Below, piece after piece: positions 49,019-61,439 of a stretch of DNA of 64,000 nt. This DNA comes from Azolla caroliniana (lineage: Eukaryota; Plantae; Polypodiophyta). The notes beneath the pieces are model-generated. The model had not been told where the DNA came from, did not search any database, and saw nothing but the letters and a program-made list of their open reading frames with translations. Each line of letters opens with the position of its first letter. Position 1 is the stretch's first letter. A program made the position numbers and the translations under genes. The stretch spans positions 3,968,001 to 4,032,000 of the forward strand of contig JBHGNT010000010.1 in NCBI GenBank assembly GCA_043228905.1, read 5' to 3'.

Positions 49019-52000
49019 TCACTCGTCATTCTCCGATTCTCCGTCGGACCTGAATTGATCATCGTTGTTACTCTCGCTCGCCGGCTCCGGCTCGTCTTCG
49101 AACCACTTCTTGAACTCTTTGATCTGCTTCCCGACCACCGGCACCACTAACCGTGTACCGTCGAGTTCCGCGAGGTGGTACGTGCCGTTGTCGTTCGTGC
49201 TCATCACCGTGTAGGGCCCGAACCATCTCCTAGCGAACTTTCGCACCGCCTTGTGCTGATTGTCGAGGCTGTTGTCGTATACCAAGACGCAGTCGCCTTC
49301 CTCGATCTTCTTTGGTCGCAACCGGTGCGTTCGGTTGAACCGGGTCTTGTTCCGCTCCCTTGCCGCTGGCAGCTTTTCCTTCGCCTGTATCACGTCCTCC
49401 GGCCTCCGCTCGAGTTGCCGAATCCGCGCCGCCAACAACTCTTCTCGGCTCATTTCGTCCTTCCAATCTACCGCCGCCCATGAAGAAACCGTCCGTTCCA
49501 CCGGCATGATCGGCTTTTGTCTGTACATCAGCTCTGCCGGCATAAACCCTATCACCGAATTGTGCGTAGTTCGGTCCGCCCATAGTGCGTAGGGAAGGAG
49601 TCGCGGCCAATTCCCGACTTGCCCTCCACATGCACGCACCAACGCCTTTACGATCAGCCCATGCCCACGTTCCACCTTTCCGTTCGCCTCCGGATTGTAC
49701 GCCGTAGTGAGGGAGAATTTGACGTCTAGCCGGTCGAACAGCTGCTCAGCCTCCCGCGCATCCAGTTCTCCCAGTTCGCCACGATCCTCCCGACGTACCT
49801 GTATCGACACACCACTTCTTCGATCCGGAAACGGCATACCGCCGTGGTTGTCTTGCTTTGCAGTGCACGGCCTTCCACCTGGTTCGTTAAGTCTTCTCGT
49901 GCAAGCACCAGGTATCGCATCTGTCCTACCCCCATCGGCATCGTCACCAAGTCTACCATCCACTTGAAATGGACCGTAGGCGAGTAGGTCGGGTGTCGCT
50001 CATCCCAGTGTCGGACTACAGAGTGCATCTGACAGCTTTCGCAAGTTGTTACGAACTGATGCACGTCCTGGTACAGCCCCGGCCACCAGTACTTCTCCTT
50101 CAGCTTCTCGAACGTGGCCCACGTTCCGCGGTGTCCGGCCCAGGGGCTCTCTCAAAATGCTGCCAGCAATTCTCCCTGTTCTTCTTTCTTTGCCACTACT
50201 CGTAGTGGGATGCCGCTCCTCTTCTTTGGGTGCCTCCATATGCACCCGTCCCGCAGGAAGAATCAGTACGCCTTCTTCCGTACCCAGTTCGCCCCCTCTC
50301 TCGCCCATGCTGCGTCCAGCGTCATTGTCCGTAGGAACCTCCCGATTTGGAGCCACTCCCCGTCGTACCTGCTTTCGTCAAATTCGTTAAGCGCCAGAGT
50401 GTCCCTTTTCCTCGTCGTTACATTCGCCGACTTCTTCGTCATCCGAAACCATGCGGTCTTCGTCGTTGAACCTTGCCCTCGAAAGCATGTCGGCCATGGC
50501 GTTGTCCTTTCCGGGTTCATGGACATAATGTACGCTATCCACCGGAGCATTGTTAGGTCCGGCATCGCGCATCCGGAAACCATGCGGAGTATCGGCAGGC
50601 AGTCCGTCTCGATGATCACCTCCGTCCTGATCAGATAATCCTTGTCGGCCTTGACTGCCGAAACGACACCCCAAAGCTCGCGCTTAAATTGGGCGTATCC
50701 TCACTGCAGCTCGCTCAATACCTTTGCCTTGAACCAGATCGGGAATCGTACGCCGTCCTTGTCCTCCTGACTGATTACCCACCCGATCCCGGTCGGGCTG
50801 GTGTCCACCTTCACGCAGATGGGAACATCCTTGCCGTAAACCGCTTTACGGAGAGCCGACGCTACCGTAAGCGCCTCCTTTAGTCTCTGTACTGACTCCG
50901 TGTGCTCCGTTCTCCACTCAAAGCTATGCCCCTTTTTCAATAGTCCGTAGAGGGGTTCTGCGACATGTGCGTAGTGCGGGATCCAGATGTGGTAGAACCG
51001 CATGCTCCCAAGAATCTGCGGACCTCCGTGACCGAATTGCAGTCATGCTTCATCGCAGAGATGGCTTCCACCTTGGCCGGAGATGGTTTCCGACCGTATG
51101 GTCCGCATAGGTGCCCGACGACCATGATCTCTGATTGCCCAAAGGCCGACTTTTCCCCGGAGAAGGTGAGACTCGCGCCTTCTAGTCTCTGCAGCACCTT
51201 CTCGTAGTCATCGATGTGGGACGCCATGAAATTCCAACATCCGTCCGGCTCGATTGCCTCGTCCTTTTTCTCCACTGGGCATCCCCTGATCGGGATGTCA
51301 TCTAAGAATGGCATGGTGATGTCCGGGATACAATCCCTGAGCACTTTGTTCATCGTGTTCACCATGTGAGCCACTGAGTTCGTCCCTCTTTGTGGTAGGG
51401 TACACATCCGCACTAGGCCGAGAGGAATCCGCATCGTCGTAATGTCTCTGCTCTCCATGGCTAGTTGGAACTGATCGTACCCCGAGTACAGATCACCGAT
51501 AGAATAGATCGACCTTCCAGCGAAGGCCTTCGCAAACTCGTCTATGGTCGGTCCGATTCCTGCATTACGGATGGTCACCTTGTTGACTGGTTGCAGGTCC
51601 TGAATGAAGCACAGCGTGCCGTTCTTCTTCGGCACCGTAAACCATCGATTCGAATACGGGGCACTCGACGGTTCAAGGATGCCCATCTCCACCATTTGCT
51701 TCAGGAGCTCTATCAACTTCGGGATGTGAGCTCTCGGCACCAGAATCGGCTTGAGATTCCACGGTACATGCGGTACCGTGAAGATCACCACCAGTTCGAC
51801 AACTGTCGGGTCTACGCACCCGATCTCCTCCGGTGAGAATGCGAAAGCCTTCCCGTGCCTCCCGAGCATTCTCTGAAACCGGTCCTCCTCCGCCCGTAGT
51901 AGAAAGCCGCCCCCACCAACCTTGAGCTTCCGTAGCGTTATGTCGGTGAACCGGTGCCCTATGCCAGCCGGATTCCGTTAACTTGGGTCCGACGCGACCG

Positions 52001-54155
52001 CTCCTCGCTGCCCTATGGCAAGGGTGCCGCGACTGGCCTCACCTTCCAGTCCACAGTCTTGTACTTTGTATCCACGCGGGCCATCCGATCCGACCCGATC
52101 CTTTCCCCGAAGTCCGTGATGACTTCGTACATTCCTATTGACCCTACCGGAACGGTCCGGTCTTCTCTAAGGTCTTCACGGATCACCTTTCGCAGTTCGC
52201 CCAAGGTGTCGTCAAAAGAAACCGCCTCCACGGCGCTGCTGATGTCTTCATCGGGGAAGAGGACTCTGCATCCCCTAAGCCGCTCCTCCGCTCGCTTCCT
52301 CTCCCGGCCGTTGACGCCGGTTATAGTACAACCTCCGTTGTCGGAGAGCCAAAATTTCCTACCTATGGTACAGGTCTTCTTCCGTACTGTACATTTGTGG
52401 GGTTCTTCTCGGGTGTCTAGACTATCGCGGCCCCCCGCCTTGATAGCCCTCTCTAAAAATCCCCTCGGGTTTCGCCGCCGAGGGCCTTGCGGTTACGCTC
52501 GTGATTTGGTCGCACCGTTAGGAACTGGACCGAGTGACGCCCGTCCTGGCTCTTGACTCTTGCATAGGCTGAACCGTTGTCCAGCACCTTGGTCTCCATC
52601 CGTGCCGCCGTGATATATGGCTCTCCTAGCATAACCGGATCCGAGGACGTCTCCTGCACGAAGAAGTGTTGGTCGATCTCGACATCGCTGATTTTCACCC
52701 ATACGTTCGGACAGGCCCCATGTAGTTCTTCCATGGCACGCGTCGCTGCCCGTATCTTCCAGTCGTGCTTGGTGTTGATCAGCCATTTTCCCTTCTTGTA
52801 GAAATCCATGGACATCAGGTTGATTTCGGATCCATGGTCTACCAACGCCACCACCGGTTCCAGAACGTTGTTGATCCGTACAGGGGTTTCCGTAGTTCCC
52901 TTGGCCCAATGCGGCTTCGTGTAGTGGCTTCCCGCTAGCTCGTCTTCTAGGGCTTCGTCTTCCAGGTGCATGGTCCGCACCTCTACCGGCTTCTCCGGTT
53001 CTGGCTCCGTCGAGAGCCTCTTTCGCTTCACCAAGTCTACAATAGAGTCGTGGAACTCCCTCTTGGCGATTCCCAACACCTCCCGCAATGACAACTCCAC
53101 TTTGCTGTCGAGGATACGTTCCTCCAGGACCTTTCGCAGGTCTGTGGTCCTTTTGATCTCAATGCTCAACCAAAACCCCGCCTGCTTCTTTCCGTCCGGC
53201 GCGCCTGGGTTGCCGGCACCGGTCGGTTTCGGTCCAAACCGGGTCTCATACCTCTGCGGGGGGCCGACCCCTCCGGCCTTTCCTGCCCGTTTGTCCTCCA
53301 CCAGAACCTTGTAGTTCTAGCAAGCGGCTTCTATGAAGCCCGTTTTCTCTTCGACCGGATCGTCCCAACCGGTGACCTCTTGGACCCGCTGTTCCGCGCG
53401 GTCCGCCTCTTCCTTCTTCAGCCGAACTTCGAAGAGGCCTTCTAGCACTAGCGGCTAGAATCCGGAGTCCTTCGCCTTCCAGGTCTCAACACCCCCAACC
53501 CGAATTCCCGCCAACACCGAGTAGTTGACGACTTCGACGTGCCATGCCACGGCCTCTTCCATCAACCTCTTCATTCCGCTGCGCCCTGTATTCAGTTCTA
53601 GGGCTCTCCGGGTCTCGCTCGCGTGCACCCTTCCGTTCCAGAGGTACACCACGTTGGTCCTAAGCGCATCGGCGAAATCCGCGCAATCCTTCCGAATTTG
53701 ACCAATCGCGTCACACCACATGCACCGCTGCCCAGCCGGTTGCCTCCGGTCGCGCGGTTGTTCGCCGTTGTCTCTCTGGGCCTGTGCGATCTGTAGGTCG
53801 CACACCATCTATGTCAGTTCCTCCAGAGCTGCTCCTCCGGATGGGCCTCTGACCACGTCGTTCGATGTCGACCCCGACTCTGGCCAGATTCGGGTCTCTT
53901 CCTTCCTACCGGCCGGCACCGATACCGGCTCCTCGAGCCTCCTCCCCGGGACCGACCCCAACCCCGACGAGCTTCTGTCGCTCCAATCGCGTCATTTGTC
54001 GAAACGGCTGCAGACCCATTTTACCATGGCCCAGTTTGCCGTGAGCCCTTCGTCTGTTTCCAATAGGGGACCCACCTTGACAAACAGTAGTACTCGACTT
54101 GTTTCGAGCATCATCCGGTCCAGCGTCGATAGCCACCTTGACAAACAGTAGTACT
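49019..54155 (-). pseudogene. Gypsy F gag-PR-RT-RH-INT (fragmented)
   Basis: CMWCDAIGQIRKDC knuckle, ALVDHGSEIN, DLYSGYDQF, PFLDD, YNPEANGKVER, RWFGPY. Confidence 0.9.
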
Positions 54156-54690
54156 CTATTGGAAGCGCACGGGCTGTCCATGAAGCAAAGGCAGCGAGCT
54201 TCTGACCCACAGAGACCGACGGCCAGAGGAGAAGAGAGAGCTTGGCACCCAAATCTGCAACAACACTTCGTCCTCCCTAGCGCGCGATCTCTGTTCCTTC
54301 CTCCTCTCTCTCCTTAAATAGTTCCCTAAAAGGGGGTGCCCCCTTTCCTTAGCCAAACTGCTTTATTCCCTGTCCCTGTCGACAGAGATACGCACAAAAT
54401 CCCCTAATAAATGTGCACTACCTAGGATTTACACCATTCGCCTTAATTACGAATTATGTACAATATATCAATCCTCGCGTCCACCCGTGTAAGAGCCGGT
54501 TCATACGCCTTTTTCTTCGATTCCGCCTATGGCCAGTTTTCTTCATGACAACGTACCTTTTCAAAGTGCCTGTTCACTCCTTCTTTTTGCATGTGTCCAT
54601 TCACCCCTCGCCCTTGCATGATTTACTTTGATTTGATTTGATTTCTTTTTTTCTTTTTTGTTTTTTTTTCTTTTTTTTTTGATAAATGGT

Positions 54691-57600
54691 TTAGGGTTTA
54701 GCAACCAGTCCCACTGGACCCCTATCCGGATTGTGATCCTTGCTGGACGCTGGACCGCTTGTTGGCGCTTCCGACTTACTGGTGTCCGGTTCTGTGTCGC
54801 CCTTCACTTGTTCAAATGGGTTTCTTGGCATGGGTCCATTGTATGGTTTGAGTCGAAACTCGTTGACCCATTTACCTAGAACCTCACTGGCGAGTGTCCC
54901 TATTTGGTAGGAACCGTTGAACTCTCGCATAATCCAGTATGGTCCGGTCCACCGAAACCGTAGCTTTCCCGGCATCTTACCCATCCGGGTCTGGAACATG
55001 AGTACCGGCTTACCAATGCCGAACATCTTTTCGTTCCCTTTTCGATGATGATCCACGAACGCCTTTTTTTTGCTGTTGCTCTAGTTCTAGATGCATGATG
55101 CTAGCTAACCGATGTTCTTCCAATTCGCACAGTGCATTTAATCGGATAGCTTCCGATTCCTTCTCATTTAGGTGTTCCCGAATCTGTATTCGTAAACTCG
55201 GGACCTGGAATTCTACCGGCATCACTGCTTCTAATCCGAATGTTAAGCGGAACGGTGTTGTGCGGATACTTTTTTTATATGCCGTTCGGTAGGCCCAGAG
55301 TGCAGTGTGCAGCTTTGTATCCCAATCCGTCTGGTTCTCATTGACGATTTTCCGCAGGATATTCTGTAGTGTTTTATTTGTTGACTCTGCTAACCTGTTG
55401 TCTTGCGGATAATAGGGAGTGCTCAGTTTGTGCACCACCGCATAAAATGACGTCAAACTTTCCACTACTTGCCCTAAGAAGTGCCCACCTTGGTCACTTA
55501 TGAGCTCTATCGGACATCCATATCGGCACCAAATGCATTCATATAAAAATTTTGCCGTGGATGCCGCAGTGTTGTCGCATAGTGCTTTCGCTTACACCCA
55601 TTTCGTACTGTAATCCGTAGCGACGATCACGTACCGGTTGCCGGTTCTCATTGCCGGTGGTTTGAACAGACCGACAAAATCTAGCCCTCATTTCTGAAAT
55701 GGTTCTAATGGTAGCACGGGCTTGTGAGGCATTCTGGCTTGTTCGGTTGGTTGCCCCATTCGTTGACATAGGTCGCATTCTTTAGCGTATCGGACTGCAT
55801 CTTTCAATGTTGTCGGCCACCATAGTCCACTTTGCCATATTTTCCTTGTCGTAGCGTCTCTGGCATAATGTCCCCCGGCCACGCTGCAGTGTGCTTCGCG
55901 CAATATTACTTCCTTTTTGTCACTGCGCACTGCACGCCGCCATATGCCATATGTGCCTTTGTGGTACAATGTGTCCTGCTATAGACAGAAGTGCCGGATT
56001 TGAACCACTAAGTGTTTCCTTTCGTCTCTGTTCATCTCCTCCGGAGGTAAACCGGTGCTCAAAAATTGGTGCGTATTGGTGAGCCACTTGTCTTCCTCTG
56101 CGATCGAACTGTCTGTTGTCGTTTCTGCTGTGACCCTAAACAGTTCTGCATTTGAAAAGTCGTCTAGGACTCTGTCACCGGTTTCGCCGGAATCTAGCCA
56201 GCTTAAATAGTTCGCTACCGCATGCTGTATGTCGAGTCGGTGGAATATCTCGAACTCGAATTCTTGCATTAGTAACGTCCACTAAGCCAGCTTACCGGTG
56301 AGTGATGCTTTGGACACCAAATAGAGAAGCGCCGAATGATCTACGTGAAAGGAAAATTTCCTTCCCAACAGATAGTGTCTGAACTTGGTGACACTGTAGA
56401 TCATTCCCAAAGCCTCCCTTTCCATCCTGGAATAATTACATTCCACTTGGGACAACTTCCGGCAGACATAATAGACTGGCCGGTACCATTTTGGTTCTGT
56501 CAGTTGCATCAGTGCGCTCCCGATTGCAATGTCGGACACGTCAACGAACATATGGAACTCTTTGGACCAATCCGGAGGTTGCACCACCGGCGCTTGTGAC
56601 AACAATACTTTTAGTGCCCGGTAAGCCTAGTCTTCTGTGTCCGTCCATTGGAACGGTGTCCGATGTATTTCGGCATGCAATGGTGTAGCCAGGTCTGCCA
56701 GATACCAGAGCATTCGGCTATGCCACCGAATTTGTCCTAAAAACCGGCTTAGTGCCTTTGCTGTGGCTAGTGCTGGTGCCTCCAGGATTGCTTTTACTTT
56801 GTCCGGATCCACTGCGATACCGTCCTTGCTGACTATGTGGCCTAGTAATGCTCCGCTGGTTACTCCGAACACGCATTTTGCCGAGTTCAGGCTTAGTAGG
56901 TAAACCCTACATTTTCCTAGGCATAGTCGGAGCTGCTGAAGGTGACTCCCCTTCCTGGCTATAAACAGTGAAGTCCTCCAAAAACACTTGCATGAATGCC
57001 AGAATGAATTCCCCAAAAATTTCCATGATCCGTTGGAAGGTTGCCAGTGCCGTTTTCAGTCCAAACATCATCACTACGGCAACAAAGACTCCCCATTCGG
57101 TGACAAAAGCGGTTTTCTCCTGGTCGGCGGGGTGCATCTGGATCTGATTATAGCCGCTGAAACCATCCAGAAAACTGTACACCTTATGATTGGTGACCGC
57201 ATCCAGGACTCCATCCGTGAATGGAAGTGGGAAGGCGTCCGTTACCGTAGCCGCATTCAATTTCCGGTAGTTGACGCACACTCTGATCTTACCGTTCTTT
57301 TTGGGTACTACCACTATTGGGCTGAGCCATGTGGCTTTCTTTACCGGTCGGATGAAGCCCAGTCTCAACAACTTGTCGATTTCTTCTTTGACCTTTGCTG
57401 CGTAATTCGGGTTCATCCGGTAACCTCGTTGCGCTACTGGTTTGGTGTCTTTGCTCAGACATATCAGGTGTTGATATAACTGAGGATTGAGTTCTAGCAT
57501 GTCTTCGTAGGACCAGGCGAACAGATCGCGAAATTCTTTTAGGAGTGTGATCATTTCCGTTTTGTTCTCTGAAGTCGTTTCCTTGGCGATGTGCACCGGT

Positions 57601-60380
57601 CTTGTGTCCTCTATGGTACCTAGGTTTACCTCTTCTAGTTGGGATGCTTTCACGCGCTGTGATACTGCCATTTCTTTTTCCAGTGCCTCCTGTACTTGCC
57701 GTAATTCCCGGATTGCCTCTTTATCCGGTTCCTCGTCGGTCCCGTCCGGTTGCAGTACGTACGGTGATACTGCTTCGGCTACATCAATCTCGAACAGAGG
57801 TACGATCTTTGGATTTTCCTGTAAGTATTGATCGACCTCTTCGTCTGCCAATCCTTCCAGCATGTTAACACATTCCGCATATAGCGGCGTTGATTCCTTG
57901 CCGGTACCGGATCGTGGTTGAGTGGGTACTCGTACTTTCGCTTTTCCACGCCAGAACGTAATTATGTTCTTCCTCCAGTTTTTCTTTATGTGTGTCGTTT
58001 TTAACCAGGGCCATCCCAACAATAGTGGGTAAGCTCCCTGAGCTTGTAGCAAGAGAACTACTGCGGAAATATGAAATGTGTGACCCCCGATGGTCACTTC
58101 CAGATCGCGAATTAATCCAGTCGGCCGTACTGAGCTAGTGTCCGCCATTCGAAGCCAAAACGGACACGGTTCCCAGTCCTGGATTCCTAGCGTGTTACAC
58201 GTTTGGAGGCTGATAACGTTCACGCCGGATCCTCCATCGATAAGCGTGCCATGTAGCTCTTTTCCCTTCACGATGGTTGTGATTGCTGGACTTCTTGTGT
58301 CCACCACTGCCGGTCCTTCCTCCGGATTTGAAAAGAATGTCGGAGCCGGTGGTGTGTCAGCTGTCGTCCTTCCTGTCTTTAGTCCTTCCGTGAACTGTGG
58401 TACCAGTTGCAATAGCGGGCCTAACGGCAACGTAATTTGGCATTCTTGTAACGCCTCCCATGTTGGGTTTTCGGGTTGCCCCGGGCTGGTGAGCTCTTCG
58501 GCATTTGCCTTTTGTTGTTCGAGCTCAGCCGCATTCCATTCATTTTCCTCCTTCACCCATTCGATTGCCTGCTTCCGGATGGCTTCTTGAGTTTCCCACT
58601 CCGTGGCTTTGCCTTTGGATCTTGTAGTGACCTGTTGTATGTCCGTGACTTCCGCGTCTACCATGTTCACCGCCGGTCGTTTGTCGTAGCTCTTCGCTGG
58701 ACATTGATTACTATAGTGACCCTCTTGCCGGCAATAATAGCAGTACGGCTTCCGGGCGTTGCTGGATTCGGCGTGTGTTCTTGGTGGCGGACCAGGGGCA
58801 AGTGCTTGGTTTTGGTCTGGTTGGCTGCTCGGAGCGCCCTTTTCCGGTTCTCGTGGATGATCCCCCTTTTTGTTGAAATGACGTTTCTTATTGAAATTCT
58901 TTTTGTTGCAGTATCCTTGTCGGGGCTGGTCGTCATCCTTGCCATAGTTGTCCCGTCGGTGGTTGTAACCAGGGGAATGGTCCCGGTAAGAGCTTTCATA
59001 CCGTCCATTATAGTCCCGATATCTATCCTATCTATCATACCGGTCATACGCGTCTCTTCGGTTGCTATACTAGACATCTTGTGCCGGCCGGTACTGCTCC
59101 TCTCACCATCAACGTTCTTCTTCTTCCTCCCGGTTGCTCCGTGGTTCAATTTGCTGAACCGGTGGTGCTTGTCGATTTAACAAGTTATACTCACACCGTT
59201 CCATTGTGTGACTTATAGAGTGGTAGAGCAAGCATTGGGAACGCATGGTGCATTCCAGCATCGAATGTCTGGCATTCAAGCATATCGTACATTGAACTGC
59301 TTGTTGGAAATGGAGGTCCTCCTTTGTCGGTAGCATACGCTAAAGTGTGCCCATGGTTAGCCATGAACTCGAGTTTTCCATTTCCCGAACTCGGTCAATC
59401 ACTTGATCTATGTTGCTGGTGCGGAAATCGATGATGGTGCACACCGTCCGTAAGGGTTCCCGGAGTGCTGCTAAGAATATGGCCTTTGTTTCTTCCTCCG
59501 GTGGTGTCCGGCTGAGCTGACTGTGTATCCGCTGGAACCAGATGACAAACTGTTGGATGTTCTCCGTTGGTTCCTGCCGAATATTGTAAAATAACCTGAC
59601 CATTTCCTGTTGGTTCATCTCCTTGTGGAAGAAATGCAAGAATTTTGTCTTTAATGTTTCAAACGTGGGGATGGTGCTGGGATCCTGTGTTCGGTGCCAT
59701 CTGGCGATCGGTCCCTCCAAGGTCATGCCGAACTCTGCCCGTTTTGAGCATTCCTCTTCGGCTGCATTAAGCGTTGGGACACATGGTTTGCTTCCTAGGG
59801 CTGCTGAGACGCATGGACGTGGGCTTCCGCGTTCGGATCATCCCGGTATCTGGGATATTGGAACGGCATATCGTCGTCCGGTGTCGGTACACAGGCTGGT
59901 GGTGTTAGTGGTCGTTCCTCCTCTGGTGGTGTTGGAGGTTTTCCCCGGTCTTCTGTCGTTGTCAGAGGTCTTTCTTGCTCCTCTTGTGGTGCCGGAGGCT
60001 TCTCCTCCTCGACTTCCGGTGTCAGAGGTCTTTCATCGTCGACTTCTAGTTCCGGAGTGTGGTCGACTTTGGGTAACAGAATTTCTAGCCTTGTCGATTT
60101 GGGTGTCGGCAAAGTATCCGACTCCTCGTCCTCTGGTCCTCCTGGGGTGTTGTTACTGCTGCGGTAGTTCGTCTACGCGCTATATTCCCCGTCCAAACCT
60201 GATTCAAATGCCGAAAATGCTTCGGATTCGCCTTCCCCCACTGCCAATGCCTAGAGAAGGGATTCTGCTTCCCGGAGGCTGCTTAGGCTGCTTCCTTCGT
60301 CCGGGTAAGCGTTTTGTGGTAGCCGAAGTGATTCCTTGGCCACTCTCCGGATCACTTTCGAAAATGAGCGATCCGCTCTA
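54691..60380 (-). pseudogene. Gypsy C gag-pol (fragmented)
   Basis: Retrotrans_gag-like segment, zinc knuckles, LIDGGSGVN, FLDGFSGYNQI, RNase H FVDVSD...EREALG, HHCC EAH..GGH..CDLCQ, GKLRFRWTGPY. The 5' limit is approximate. Confidence 0.88.
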
Positions 60381-60533
60381 ATTTCTTCTGCCGCTTGCTA
60401 GAAATCCTCTCGCTTCCTCAACCGTTCAGGAAGTCGCCTTGCTCGCTACGTAACCGGGTCGTTCGTTGGTCGCGTCATCCATTCTCGCCGTTGTTCGTTG
60501 CGATTGTGCATGGATCGTGGTCGCCAAAAACTG

Positions 60534-60980
60534 TGTTAATCCTTAGGGCCGGACAATGGCCTAACACAAGGTGTCTCCGGAAGACACTTCACCAAAGGGT
60601 GTTACGGTGAGATAACTTAAGACACAATGATTACTTCGACTTAATTCGCTACTTAGCAATACGGCATACACTTAACACACGCGTAAGATATAACAATTAA
60701 TTCAGAACAGTAATCAATTCGTGAAGTTAAAACAAGAAGCTTATATTAATTCTCCGTTAAAGTTATACATTGTAACCGGGCCTTTATATTGGTCACCGGT
60801 GCTGCGTACAAAACGGTGCCAACCGACACCTGTTCGGAATCGGTCTGGATCCGGATCGGCATACCGATTTTGGTCCGTCCGTTCACTACATAATTATAAT
60901 CTAATCTACTTAATTAAATATATTCCGAATAACCATCCCTTTCACATTCTGTTCACTGCTCCTTTGTCGGCCGGGTAATA
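60534..60980 (-). repeat. Gypsy C 5' LTR
   Basis: Minus-strand TATAAA near 60785; adjacent to the PBS. Confidence 0.93.
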
Positions 60981-61439
60981 GACAGTCAACACTAGGGTCA
61001 ACTGATGGCTACTTATTATTATAGATAATAATAGTAGTGATATGTAGTAGGGGTTACATTTGTAAATAGCCCATACAGGGCATAAGTATAAATACATTTA
61101 GGCCAAACAGTAAGAGTAGAGCGTGAGATAGAGAAGTGTGAGAACGAGTGGAGAGAGAGTGAGCAGCGCCATAGCTGTGTTTTGTAACAACATACGCCAA
61201 GACCCCTACGCGGCTAATACACTCGGTGTAGAGAGTGTTGTACTCTGATCTTGTTGTTCTATATCCACTGTAAAGTGAAGCTTTGTTCTCCGTGCTTTTT
61301 CTCCCGTTTTAGGGTTTCCACATTAAATTTGTGTACACCATTTTCTGTGTATAAGAGTTGTGTATTTCAACATATTCGTTTTCTAGTGGATTGACGATTC
61401 ATTTCTCTACAATCTAGTATCAGAGCTTGAGGTGCAAGC

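Larger units (their letters stand above)
42247..54550 (-). mobile_element. Ty3/Gypsy element F (same lineage as E); its 3' LTR is interrupted by H
   Basis: 3' LTR 42247-42997 + 48940-48949; partial 5' LTR ~54160-54550. 4-bp TSD ACGT (42243-42246 / 54551-54554). PPT GGTGGGGGTGGA next to 48949. Confidence 0.9.
29590..60980 (-). mobile_element. Ty3/Gypsy element C, non-chromovirus Athila-like, with an extra 3' ORF; hosts D, E, F and H
   Basis: LTRs 60534-60980 (5') and 29590-30037 (3'). TSD GACAG (29585-29589 / 60981-60985). PBS TGGCGACCAC (60526-60517, tRNA-Arg-like). Order gag-PR-RT-RH-INT. Confidence 0.92.

Noticed and set aside
58476-60381. Long plus-strand ORFs (234 and 252 aa)
   Set aside because: Antisense to Gypsy C gag, with no recognisable motifs.
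29590-60980. Gypsy C oriented on the + strand because of the PBS-like motif at 30040
   Set aside because: The ORFs, the LTR TATA and the PBS at 60517-60526 all indicate minus orientation.
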